The notes below the pieces were generated by a model. That model worked only from the letters and a program-made list of their open reading frames with translations, was not told where the DNA came from and did no database searches. The position numbers were made by a program, and so were the translations under genes. Below, piece by piece: positions 37,849 to 51,142 of a stretch of DNA of 64,000 bases; position 1 is the first letter of the stretch; each line of letters opens with the position of its first letter. The DNA comes from Vitrella brassicaformis CCMP3155. Its lineage: Eukaryota > Protista > Chromerida. The DNA is taken from the NCBI GenBank assembly GCA_001179505.1, contig CDMY01000405.1, forward strand, positions 310,001-374,000, written 5' to 3'.

Positions 37849-37938
37849 TGGATTTGCAGCGTCGAGTTTACAGAGCTCACTGTAAATTGGGGAAGGGGAA
37901 CATGAAACCAATGCAGCCGCTTGCCGTGAGTATGCAGG

Positions 37939-40242
37939 ATGCAGCCAAAAGTGAACCTGCAGCGCTTGGTGTCTGCATGTGTTGTGCCGTGTGTGTGCAG
38001 ATCTGCGTTGTCGACAACATTTTCAACGTTTGCATCGGTCACCGTGGTCACCACCATCAGCGTGCTGGTGAGAGCAACACAAGAGCCTTTTTTGCACCTT
38101 CACCTCTTTCTCCTCTCCCCCCCCTCTTGCAGCAATACGTGATCCCCGCCCGCAGCCGGAGTCCCTTCCGCATCATGTCATCGTTCGTGCGGAATGTGAC
38201 CGATTGCCCCCCACAGCAGAAGCCAGACCATCCTCATTCTCTCTCCCTGTCGTCAGCGGCAACGGTCCCATCCTCCATGTCAGCTCCATCCGTGGTGTCA
38301 GCATCATCACCTGAGCGGTTCATATACGATGAGATCCGACAGGCTGACCGGACCCTCGTCAAGGAGCCTGGCATCTGTAGATACTGGTGATTGCAGGGAA
38401 AAAGAGAAGGCAGTATGCTTGCCGTGATACGTTCGTTGCTGTGTGCGTGCAGGTTTGGCCTCCCATTTGTCGATCGCTGGCGGGGGTTCCGCGTGCAGAT
38501 ATGCCAAAGCCGACACAACAATGGCGAAAGCACACTGCAAAAGACCGGCAACTCCTCGCTGACATCCCCTGTGTCATCCATCAACTGCTTTTTGAGGAAG
38601 GGTGACTTCCCCTTCCCTCGGCTGATGTGTGACTTCGTCGGTATCAAAGTGGCCGTATGGCAGTACGCGACGGGCGGCAAGGGCTGGGGCCCGCCCGGGG
38701 AAGATGAGTGGGAGGGAATCGACACCGGCTGCAGCCCTGACTTGCAGCTGGAAGATCCATCAGATATGACACACAGCCCTCCGTCCCGGTTTCTGTCGAA
38801 GCTGCACTATCAAGGCGACCCGAACGGTCATGGCGAGGTGACGTGCAATGAGAGCGAGTGGGTGAGGCATCCGGTGCTTGTGCTGGAGAGGTACAGAGAA
38901 GGAGCCCGTTATATGCTGCAATGTGTGTGCTGTGCTGTGCTGTATTGTATTGTATTGTATTGTATGGGTGTGTGCAGGTGGGACCCGACAAACAACAACC
39001 AGTTCCATCTTGATGCGGGTATCTAGATGAGACAGTAGAAAAACTTGGTGGGACGACAAATGCCTGCATTGTGTCGGGTGCAGTTGGGTCTTTCATTGCC
39101 TTGGCTGTGGCTGGGGTGTCGCCCTTTGAGACACAATTCCTTGCAAGTAATTACATACAGCAAAGAATGGACGAGACACATCTTTGTCTTCCGCGCCTTG
39201 TGTGGGGGGGAATGCAGTCGACAAGCAGCCGCCCGGCCATTACGTCGACTTCTGGAGGAGTGTCTTCCCCTCCTACCCCCCCGTCTTCCTGGGCACCTCC
39301 CCGTCGCCAGCCACCCAGCGGTTCTACGAGGGGAAGCTGTGCTTCTCGCGTCTGGCCTTCGGCGCCCACGGAGGAGTGGGGCTGATGAACCTCGAGTGGC
39401 AGAAGCAAGCAGCAGACAAGGTGCTCCTGCGCGGCAACTCCCCTGCGACCTTCCATCCACTGGGCAAAGGACATTCCAACATCTGTGGCTCGGCCATCAT
39501 GCACGCCTTCCGCGCTCACGTGCTGACGGCCCTCAGTCTCTCCAAGGACCGAGACACTGATCAAGTGGATGGGGGAGACAGCAGCAACAGCACTGTGGAG
39601 GTGTTGGAAGAAAGGCAGCTGAGCAGCACGACCACCGTGGCAATGATGGATGAGTTTGTGCGGCACCGATGGCAGTGGCCCCCAGGCGTCAGAGGCGCAT
39701 CCTGTGGCTCAGCAGACGGCCATACCCACAACTCTTCGACAAGGCGGCGGGCCGGGTCCATAATTACAAACCAGACAGACAGGTGACCCACAAATGCTTC
39801 ACTTCAGAAGCAAATATCGTTTGTGTGTGTGTTATGATGGGGGACGGGGCAGGTGGGCAACGAGAAGGAGCTGCTGGTGTCTCTCCGGGAGTCTTTGGAC
39901 AAGGCAGCAACAACCGACAGCCGCTTCTCTGGGTGGCAGATAGACAACTTCAACCCTGGTGAGCACCGGTTCCGGGACCAAGCTTTGATGGCGGCCGCGG
40001 CTGACATCCTGGTGGGCGTGCACGGGGCGGGCCTGACTCTCTGCATATACATGCGGAACGGTTCGGCGGTGATCGAGATGTTCGGGGGCAATCGCGGGCC
40101 TGGCAACAGGCAATTCCACACGACCTGTGCGAAGGTGGGCCACCGACGGTGGGAGATGCACGAGTCGCTGCAGCATGTGGCGCCCGAGAAGGTGTGGGAG
40201 CCGGTGCGGCAGGCCATTGAGCAGCTGGATGCTCTCGAGTGA
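37939..40242 (+). CDS. Glycosyltransferase family 61 (DUF563), type II membrane
   Basis: N-terminal anchor exon; all exons splice in frame. RWDPTNNNQFH, LCFSRLAFG, NEKELL, DILVGVHGAGLTLCIYMRNGSAVIEMF (GT61 signature). Confidence 0.85.
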
Positions 40243-40760
40243 GTGGAGCGTGGGGGAGGGTGAGGTGGGGTTTCTGTGTGGCATGTGGAGATAGGCTCTG
40301 TCTTTGTGCGAGAGACGCGAGTCAGCCGACGTGCGTGTGTGCGATGGATGGATGGATGGATGCATCGATGGGTGGAGATCGATGGATGCGCCGTTTCTTC
40401 AGTTCTGAAGGCACATGCAGCATGCGAGGCATGACTATTCATCCATCTCTTTATTCACACACACACGTACACACACCGGGGGGTTTGGTTTGTCCACCCG
40501 ACATCATACCACCATATGAATGCACCGGCTGGCTGACAAATACATGCAGCCAGGGGGAGGCTGACAACCACAGGACCATGGAAGGATAAATAATACCAGA
40601 CAGGCTCACGCGAGGTCTTTGTCAGCTGCTGTGATTGACATGCTCAGCACACACAGACAGACATACAAATGCAGACAGCTACCAAAACAGCTACAAATAG
40701 ATACATAGATACATAGGCACACACACACATACGCACACGTGGTGTCTCATCCGTTCGTCG

Positions 40761-43700
40761 TCAAGATCGCCATCCCATGACTTCCTTCCACTCCGAAAGG
40801 TTGGCTACATGGATGTGCTCGCCATTGCGGTACACCCTCGGCCCCCGCCCATCGACGAAATACCGCGGGTCGGTGCCACCCAACAGCACAGGATACCTGT
40901 GTAGTGCACGACAACCAGTAGTAGTACACAGACAGACGCATTGCATTGACTGTGGTCGTCAGTCATCCTTCATCCACCGACCTGTGTGGGTTGCAGGCGA
41001 CGAACCATGGCAGCTGACGCACCTGACGGATGGTCATGGTAGGAAAGAAGCAGCAGTGTGGGCACTGCAGCGGACTGACTGACCTTCAAGATGTCGTATT
41101 CTGGCCCAAGCTGCAGGCAGTGCGGTGCGCCCACATGAAAAAAAACAGACACCACACAGACCACACAGACAGTCACCTGTGTCCCTCCTGTCCGTAGTAG
41201 GGCTGGTTGGTGGACTGACTGACTTTGGCTGACCTGATCCGGGGGCACGTATCTCGGCATGAAATCCCTGCAAGCCATCCCATCAGTAAGTACATCAGGC
41301 AACGATACATGTACACCACCACCATACTTGTCTCTCACCTGGTCCACCCCTCATGCCACAGCCGCCTCTGTGCCCACTCCACCCGCGCCTCCCACACACT
41401 CAGCGATCGATTAGTGTCACGCAGAGACGACAACACAGCGGCAGCGCTTTTGTCTGTCCCTTCCAGTAATCTCCGGCGCAGTGCACGTCTGTTCGATGAT
41501 GCGATGGGGCGGCCCCAGAGGACCCTCTGAATGGCACTGAGCAGCCGCTGGGCGGGGCCACGCTGCTCAGGCGGGATGCGATTGTATATATCTGCCGGCA
41601 TGTTGCTCAGGCCGCTGCCGAATAGTGACTCCCCGAAGGCGGGCGAGTCCTGGGCGTAGATCTGCCCAAAGCCCTCGCCATAGGAGGTGACTGAAAGAGG
41701 GGACAGCGCATGGACATGTCTCATGCGCCGGATGGATGGCGGCTGACGTGTGTGTGTCGTGACATACGTACACTTGAGGAAGAGGAAGGGCTGGAACGCG
41801 TAGTCTGTCAGATGCCAGCTGAAGGCACATGCACACATGCACACAGGCGAACACACAAAGAGGACAATACACACAGTGCCAGCGGTGTCTGTCTGTCTGT
41901 CTGTCTGTGTGTGTGTGCTGGTTGGCCAGCTGACCCGCCATACAGCATGTGCGGCCCTGACGCCCTGTACACAAAGCCCTCACTCTTCGCCACCACAAAG
42001 GGCTGCACACCACACCACACCACACCACACCACAGCACAAAACACGTTACAAGACCGTGCTCCAGCCGAGTCGAGCCGGCTGTGCATCCGTCCGCTGACT
42101 TACGACGACACTGATCCTGGGAATGGAGGCGTGGTCGAGGTTGAGCTGCATGTGGATGTCCTTGAAGCGAGAAAAAACCAGATTGAAGTGGCCCGCCCAG
42201 CTGAGGATGGCGAAGCCGCTCTTGGCCGCCGGGTCCACCCGCTCGCAGTGCCTGACCAGCTTGACCACATCGCCCGCGGGGATCTACACGGAGGCACGCA
42301 CGCAGAATGCAACCAGACAGACAGACAGGTAGAGCGACAAATGATGGCAGACAGGCAGACAGACACGCACAGACACGCAATGGGTGTCTTGTCTTGTCCG
42401 GACGGACCTCGTCGGAGTCGGACATGATGACTATGTCATGGTCGTGTCTTAGGTATCTATACCCCTCGTCCTCGTTTCTCTTGAGGAACTGCCGCATCAC
42501 CTCATCTCGCGCCCAGCTCTGCGTGGCCCAACTGAGCGCATTGGGCGCAGAACTGACCATCAGTGAAGGGAGAGCGTGCGTGTGTGTGCGATTGTGTGCT
42601 TACACACCAGCTTTGGCTTTCTTGGTGGGGGCACTTGGACGACTGGCCCTCCATCGTCGCTTTGTCGAGCTCAATGGCCATGATGCGATCCTTCAAATGG
42701 GCAAACCTGTGCAGGCCATTGAAGAGAAGGCGGCATACACCACACCAATTGCTGTATGCCACCACACACACACACACACACCGACCCACCTGGCATTCGA
42801 CTCCAGCGCCTCCTTCATGACCAGAGGCTTGGCCAAACCCGTCGTCGATATGCGACTTAACACGAACACACACACACATACACACACGCACACACCGCAG
42901 GCGGTCACGACACATACACGACGGCGATGGGTCGGTGTTTCCTCCACCGTACCTTTCGCCGACGACAAACAGATCTACGACGTGACGCAGCTCCTCAAAC
43001 CGAATCTCAGCAATGTCTGCCAGACCAACACACACACACACACACACACACACGTGCCATTAGCTGCAGGCAGGCAGGCAGGATGCCCCCCTGTTACCCA
43101 CCCAGGTCGTATCCAAAGTAGAAAACGGCTACGATTCTCCTCGGCTCTGCAAGTGCCTTGCCGGTGAACATACCCAGGTGCCGATCGTTGGCAGAGCAGT
43201 CGGCCTCTGTGAATGTGGTGTAGTTGGCGGGCGGCCCACACGTCGTGTTCAGGGGTTGCAGGGGCGGGGCCATCACATACGTCGTCATGGCGTCCAGCAC
43301 CACCTGCTGCAGCTCTGATTGCAGGAGAGGGCAAGTCAATCACTCACTGTCTGCCTGTGCACTCTGCTGTACACGGATCAAGTGCGTCGCTAGGTACGGT
43401 ACCATGTGGTGCCTTCGGCCGGTAGGCCCTCTTTGGGATGTCAGCCCAGTCGAGATGCTCCAGTGCGCCGACGTATGACGGGTAGAAAGATCCACCCGAT
43501 TCCTCAGGCTCGGCAGCACCTGCACCCATAGCCTCAGGGACAGCCGTTGACGTCTTGACATGAAGCCGCGGCGGTTCGCGAAGAGAAGAGGGAATGGTGG
43601 ACTGAACTCGGCACACAGGAAGGGAAGGAGAGCAGACAGCTAGATACCCCACACACAGCTCGCTGTTGCGGCCTTACGATTCGGTCGTAGAAGGAGGAGT

Positions 43701-44054
43701 CGAGCAGATCGGGACCGAGAGGCCCATACAGGACTCGGTGGCCGAGAATGAACAACAGAAAGGTGCCCGCAGCGATAGACAGAACCAGGTTCTGAAGGAA
43801 GCCACACAGAGGGCGCAAAACAGTGGGCAGCGTCGTGAGCGTGACGACGCTGTTGTGTACCGTACCCTCTTCTTGGCATTGTGGTCGAGCGCCTTGCCAG
43901 CGACGTGCTCTCTCTGGGGCTGAGGTGGCAGATCTGCCTGTGTGAGATCTTTTTTCCTGCTGGCCGGCTCATTAGGGTCAGGTGGTGCGAGGTAGATGAG
44001 GTCGTCAGTGCTGCTGTCAGAGTCGCTGTCCGACGTGTTGCGCCCGTCCCTCAT
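40761..44054 (-). CDS. Glycosyltransferase family 17 (MGAT3-like beta-1,4-GlcNAc transferase), type II membrane
   Basis: IVAVFYFGYDLDIAEIRFEELRHVVDLFVVGES..TTGLAKPL..RFAHLKDRI..DIVIMSDSDEIP..GWHLT..LPWFV. TM LQNLVLSIAAGTFLLFILG is offset by one base from the ATG-44054 frame near 43830. Confidence 0.85.
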
Positions 44055-44293
44055 CTCACAGGGGTGGACACATAAAATTTACATCGACAGAAATAATAGC
44101 ACCCGATGCATTTCGAAGCTCACAAACAAGTTAGGCTCTAATAGACACGGACACTGTCACTATTTGCCCCCCATAAAGTGACCACAGCCATTTATTCCTC
44201 AACGCTTCACGCCACACAGCAGCATCAACTCACTCACCGGCCTACCTTCGACCACCCACCGCCCGTTTGACATCTCGTCAGTCAGTCAGTCAG

Positions 44294-47200
44294 TCAGAAG
44301 ATGAGCTCCAGCGGCCCCTCCAGCACAATGCCTTCGTCTCTGACATCCTGCACAAACACGTCCTGCAGCCGACCCTCCACCGACATGCCGCCCACGTACC
44401 ACAGCCCCGCACCCTCACGACCATCGCCCCTCATCACACTCACGGTTGGCCCATCGGGCTGCGGCTGCTGCGTGCCGTCCATGGGCGCGGCGTTGCCTGG
44501 TGAGTCGTCGTCGATGACGACCACCTCGGGCGCTGCTGCTGCTGCTGAGGGTGGGCGGGGAGGTGCCACAAAGGGGAGGGAGGGGATGGCTGTCCATGGG
44601 CTGTCGCTGCGGGACTGGCCTTCTAACAACCTAAAGGAGAGAGGGGGAGAGGTAGATATGAATGGGCTCAGCTCAGCTCAGCTCAGCTTACTGCTGTCTG
44701 ACGGCGTCGAGCACGACGTTGGATAGCTTGGCTTTGAAGGGCGGCTTGAGCATCATGGTCACGTGCGGCACACGACCAGCCAACACGGGCAGCCCATCCA
44801 CACTCTGACCCTCACCACCACCGCCACCGCCACCTGCACCAGCCGGAGCAGCGGCAGCAGCAGCAGCAGCAGCGGCAGCAGCGGCAGGTGCCTGAGCTCC
44901 ACTGTCCCCCTCAGCGGCGTTTTGTTCGTCGACATCCATGGCGTCGTTGCCAGCCACACTCGGGGGTGGGGAGGGGGAGGGCGACCTGCGGGGGAGGGGG
45001 CCGTTGTTGTTGAATATGGGGTCGGACGGCATGCTGATGGGGTACAGGAGGCCCTCGGGCTCCACTGCCGCCACCACGAGCATGTCGGTGGCCAGGATGA
45101 GGTGCGTGACACGGAGGGGGTAGACCTGACCCTGCACACACACATAGCATACATCGAATAGAGCGAGGGAGTATTGTATTCGGTGCATCCATCTCTTGCT
45201 GTGTGTTGTCTTGTGTTGTGTGCTTGTGGGTGCTGACTGACCCTCTTGTCCTTTGCTGTCTGCAGCGCATGGCTGTCGGCGTATCGCCTCGAGCAACCGA
45301 AGAAGAATGTCGTCATGTGCAGCGACGGAACCCAGTTGAAACCCTGCAAACAAGCAAAGCAACACACGGACGGATGCATTGAGTTGAGCAGCATTACCAT
45401 TGAGAAAAACCACTTCCACATCAACCTAACCTCTCTCCCCTCTCCCAGAGGGCAGGCAGGCTACCTGCAGCATTTGGCTGCCGTCGATGGCCAAGTGTGG
45501 AAATGCCCTCTCCATCCGCCTCACGAGCGTCCGCACGGCGTTGTCCAGCACGCCGCGGCAGCCTATCAGGTCGATGCCTGCATACACCGGCACGGAGGGC
45601 GGCGGCGGGGCGGGCGCCAGGGAGGGGAAGAGGGCCCCGGAGGGGTCGGAGGCGATGGCGCGGTCGGCATCGTCATAGATGGTCCGGAGGGAGGCGACCA
45701 TCTTGCCGTAGTTGACGTCGACCTGCATGGGCGAAGGACGGAGGCAGATAGATGAGTGTAATTAAGGGGAATTAATTGAGGCAGGCTGCGTTTACTTGTG
45801 TTTTGATGAGCTCTGGGGTGTCGGGAGACCGCTGGGTGGTCAGCATGTGGTTTATCGACTCGTAAATGGTCATGTTCTGCACACACACCACACCGAACAC
45901 ACACATATGCACATTCCCACACGGCGGCTATTTCTTTCTCCGTACCTTTGGGTTGTCCTCAAAGGGTCTGAAGTCGACCAGCGCCTCCCTCACCAGCCGC
46001 CGGACATTCCCCCACCACTCATCGCCCTCACCCTCACCCTCACCCACCCCCTCGCCCACACCCACACCCACGCCACCATCGCCCCGCATCCATCGGGGCT
46101 GCGACGTGTCGACGGCCACCACCCTGTCGATGCCATCTCGCTGCATGGCCCGCTGCGACATGTCAGTGTACCCCCGGTAGAGGGAGAAGAACGACAGGAC
46201 GATGTGCACTCCCCGCGGGCCCGCCAGGGTGGGGTGGTCGGTGCGGGAGACCACACGCGCCAGGCCCTCGATGAGGGTGTCGAGGGCCCATGGGAAGGGC
46301 CAGGGGCCGTGCTGCGCCAGGAGCTGGTCGAACGAGCCAGGGGAAGGGACCCGGCAACCTGGGAAAAGAAGAGATGGATATGTGCACTACATCCTGAATG
46401 ACTCGCTTCTTCTCTTCCTCACCTGCCGGGATTTCCCCAACAGCCCCGGTCTGTGTGGCGTTCGGTGGCAGGATGAGCATGGCCACCACCAGATTGACTC
46501 GGGGCACCACCACGCCCTCACTCTCACCCTGACCCTGACCCTCACCCACCGCCCCCTCGCCATTCCTCTCCTCCTTCTCCCTTCGCCGCGCGTCGCTCTC
46601 CAGCTGCCGGTTCAGCCTGCCCACAAGAGTCCTCAGGTACGACGCCTGCCTCGCTATCGCACTGGGCGGGTGGTTCTTATCGACGATCAGCGCCACACGG
46701 CCGCCAGGGGGGAGAGTCCACGACGGCTGGCCAGGGCCGCTACTCCCCGGCCGCTGTGGCTTAGCCTCCGGCAGGTTGGGCCGCATCTTGCCGCCCTCGT
46801 ATGTGTTGGCTGCCGCTGGTAGTGGCATGGAGCCGTTTGGCTGTGGCTGCAGTGGTGGGAGGCCGATGAGCGTGCGCAGGACGTTGCTGGCCTCTACGTC
46901 GGCCTGGACCATGTCTTGCTGGATCTGCTCTGAGAGGTAGCCGTCGGGCGGGGACGGCAAGATGGCCGGCCGCAGCTGGTCGAAGAAACGCTCCACGGCA
47001 GTGTTGAGCCGCTGGGAGCCTGGAAAGACACACACACACGGAGGGAAAGGGGGGAGAGAGAGACGAGGAGAGGAGATCAGGTAGGTGATGGGAGCCACCC
47101 AGCCAGCCACCCACCTGTGGATGCTGCTTGTTTGAAGGTTGGCTGAGGCACATCGGCCATCGGGTTGTAACCACGCTCACGCAACGCCTGACACACAAGA

Positions 47201-48329
47201 ATATGCAGTGCAATTGAAGAGCCTCCCTGCCTCCCTGCCTGGCTGTATCCCTGTGTAGTACCTTGGCAGTGAACTCATCGGAGGACGCATAGAATAGACA
47301 GTCGCACAACGAGCCCTCCGGCCGCTCCCCGCCCTCCGGCGGCATCAATAGCACCTCTGAAAAGAAGACACAGAGGAGCAAAACACACACACATCCCCAC
47401 TCAGTAGCGAGATGGACAGCAGAATCCCCCCCTCTCCCTCCCCCTCCGGACCTGGCCCCCCGGTGGTATTGTCCCTCTGCAGCATGCGCGACGTTTCGTT
47501 GACCCATCTCTGCAGCAGTGTCGACTTGCCCGACCCGGGAAAGCCCACGGGAAACAGCGCCAGGACCGTCGCCGCACACTCATACTTGGCAGGGGAGGGG
47601 GCGTACGGGGCCAGTGAGGGGGGCGGGGGCGGCGCATTGCTCGCCAGCCGCTCCCGGAGGGCCGACGCGGCTCTGCTGATCACCTGCAGACACACAACAT
47701 GGGAAGGTGTTTGTTGCGGGTTGGTTCTGTCAGTCAGTCACTGCCTCACCCACCCCACCTGAATGGCGTCGTCCCCCTCTTGTCCCTCCTTGGGCACCCC
47801 CGAGAGTGCGACACAGCAAGGCCACATGCTGGCGGCCTCCTCGGCCAGCTCCCGCCACTTGTCGAGCATCACCCCCGCCATCGCCCGCTGGTTCACCACC
47901 ACGTCCGTCTCGCCGTTCCACTGCACAGGCGGCTCCACACGGCCCGCCACGTCGCCCACAGAGGGTCGGGCGGCGGTGTCCGTCATGGCCGTGGGTGATG
48001 TGGCTGTGGCTGTGGCGTGCTGCAGCCGCCTGAGGGACTCCTGCACGCCCTGTATGTCATATCCCCAGAAGACGTTGACGATGTGCCGGTCCCGGAGGGC
48101 GGCGATGCGGTCGTCGTCCTTGTTGGTTTTGCCTCTGCCGCCCCTGTTGCTGTTGACGTCGGTGTTGAGCTTGAGGGCGCTGTCGATGGTCTTGGGGATG
48201 TGATTCATGTGCAGCGCGTCCCACCCCGTGGACACACGGCTGTGCACGCCCTGCACCACACGATTGGAAAAGGGCTCCAGCGAATCTGCACACACATACA
48301 CACACACACACACACACGCACACACGCAC

Positions 48330-48361
<32 letters not shown>

Positions 48362-48784
48362 TTGTGTGCTGGTGGGTCACTTGGCTCACCGCCTCTCTGG
48401 TCGGGTGCCTTTTCATGTGGCGGAAGCGTGAGTGTCTCCTTGAGCTTGGCGACCAGCCCCACGGGCAGCAGCAGTGGCGGGCAGATGATGTTGACGCACA
48501 CGCCCCTGCCGGCCCTGGGCCCCTCCCCTCCTCGGTGCATCTGTTTGACGGCCTCTGCGTTGCCCTTGACCATCTGCATGAAGTCGAGGAACCGGTTGTC
48601 CACCTCGTCCACGTCCATCTGCCGCCAATGGCCCTCCACATGCCTGTGGAGGCGGGAAGGACAGGAGTGACAAACAAACGTGATTAACTGATCTCTCTCT
48701 CTCTCTCTCTCTTTCTCACCTGACACACATCTCATAGAGTGTCTCAAACTCCTCCCGGCTCCCCTCGCCCCCGGCACCACCCTC

Positions 48785-48820
<36 letters not shown>

Positions 48821-49497
48821 CCGTGCCCTAAGCATGGGCTCCCACTGCTGCATGTCGCCCCTGAACGAGTCCACCTCCTCAGCACACAGGTCCCGCAGCC
48901 GCCCCCCGTTGCCGGCCACGCTCTTGGCCTTTGGGATGAACCTCTTGAGCCGCTCGCGCATCCGCCGTAGAATGCGGTAGTCGACCGACTTGAACTTGCC
49001 GATGCCAAGGACAGACTGAGAGGGTTGGGGGCGGGAGGGGGGAGGGACGGCGACGAGGTAGATGACGACGCCTTCCCCGACGGAGGCCAGGGGGCTGGCC
49101 TCCACGTTGTCGCGCAGCGCCTCGATCATCGACATCAGCTGCCACGACGACCGGACGGTCTCCCCCACCTGACAAACACACACACACACACACACAGCAC
49201 CAGGTATTGTCACTCCTCGTTCGGCTCTCCCCTCCCCTCTGCATGGCATCAACGCACCCACCTGTTTGCAGCCGACTGCATTGAGTCCGTGGTTCTTGAG
49301 CATGGCCTGCGTCTTCTGCGGCGGCCAGCACTGCTCGACGCCGTCTGAGGGCACGGCAGCGTACCAGACCAGGCCGAGAGTGTCGTAGGCCACGAGATGC
49401 TGCCGCTCAGACACACCCACCAGCTCCCCTATCAATGTGGCCGACGACAGGTCGCTCTTCAGACATGACAGCTGCACAGACAGACAGAGAGGGGGCG

Positions 49498-49528
<31 letters not shown>

Positions 49529-50626
49529 GTCGCCATCAAGCATACCTGCCGTGCGTCGAGTCGTTCAATGTCTGCAAACCAGGCCTGGGCGATCTTGCGG
49601 GCGAAGCCGTAGCGCTGCTCGCTGTACTGGGGCGAGAATATGTCGGTGCGGCCCCGGGCAAGCAGCGCCACGTTCTTGGAGGCGATCACCCACGCCTCAA
49701 GCACCGTCGAATAAGACACCTGCACACACACACACACACACACACATATATGTGCTGCAGTGACTGAACCTGCGTGTGTCTTCTTGTTTCTGACCTGGGC
49801 GTTCTCTCCGTTGGCTTTGTCTAGCTGAAACAGCTGCAGTTGCCACCCCGCCCTGAGTGCCTCGGTGATCCTCACGGCCCACTGTGCTGCGATCTTCTCC
49901 GCCTGCCCCTGTGCGGGCGGCATGGCCGTCACATCGGCCATGGCGCTGCATTGGGAGAGGTAACTCGACAGCAGGGACGTGTTGACGTCGAAGAACTTCG
50001 GGAGACCTCTGTGGGCCGGGCGGCAGACAGACAGACAGACAGACAGGCAGACAAGTGCTCAGTGGTGCGATGGACGATGTGTGAGAGGATGTACACGTGT
50101 CTGGTCTCATCTCCCACATGTACCTACCTCCTGATTATCTGGGGTTCCCCGTCGGCATTCCGCAACAGCGAGCACCCACGACGCAGTACAAACTGCATGC
50201 ACACACACCACACAACCGCAGACAGTCGCATCCCTCACCGCGTTTTTGCCCATTTGCCCGTTGGTCACCCACCTGTAGTTCCTGATCTTCGGCGTAGAGG
50301 TCATTCTCGCCCGCTTTAGACTTGATGGACACGTCGCAGACCTTCCACCCCTCGCCCGCCACGGGCACGCCTCGCTGCACCACCGACACGGCACTGCCCC
50401 GACGTTGCACCCACTGCCACAGATCACGGCCCGTAGAGGCCACAGATCCAACTTGGTTGGACCGAAGGGCGGTGGTCATGACGGTGATCGGACGGCTGGT
50501 GGTCAGCAGGGTGTGGGAGCGGGAGGAGGGTGGAAATGGGGTGAGGGAGAAGGCCGATGTGAGGCTGATGGTTGATCTGCTGATGGCGAGTATCGTGACG
50601 ATGTGGATGCATGCAGGACCGCACAT
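44294..50626 (-). CDS. Trl1-type trifunctional RNA ligase: adenylyltransferase + P-loop polynucleotide kinase + 2H cyclic phosphodiesterase, with bipartite leader
   Basis: All exons splice in frame. Ligase: RRG..RRGLPKFFDVN, motif I DKANGE, TLIGE, EGVV, GKFK. Kinase: GFPGSGKST, SSDE, IVDKNH, HPTL. 2H motifs LHMTT and PHVTM; C terminus LEGPLELIF*. Confidence 0.85.
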
Positions 50627-51142
50627 CCAGCCCCTACTGATCTGAAGGGGTCAGGTTTTCCTGCTTTTCAAGCTCGCATGATCGCGGCAAACCGTTGTTG
50701 AGTGCCTTCTTGGGGCAGAGTGGGTGACGAGGTGCAGAGGATGGCTGTGCGACCGCGGGAGGAAAGACAGGCTGTTTTGTCCTTTGTGTTGTCGTGCGTG
50801 TGTGCAGTGCAGTGCAGTGAAGACAGTCACGAAATGCAGAAGAGTCGGAAACCTGGATGGATGGATGGATCAATCGGTCGATTGTGTCCGTGACACACAC
50901 ACACACTCCCTCTCCCGCTGCACTGTGGTGCGATCAGGCATCATCCATCATGCATCAGTCACAGCAGGTTGTCTCCCTCCCGTCACAGACACGCAGACAC
51001 GGCGCAGACGTGCGAACGAACGCCAATAAAACCGTTACGATGTTCTCCTCTCTCTCTGCACAACAAAGACATGGTCACTCACGGCATGCAATTGACCGAC
51101 CAGCCAGCCAACGATGCTTCTCCTCTCTGCCTGATCGATCGA

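Noticed and set aside
43818-43860. 11-16 nt micro-intron or TTG start explaining the GT17 N terminus
   Set aside because: The candidate introns are implausibly short; a single missing C near 43830 gives a natural SRSRRLPTVLRP tail-to-anchor junction.
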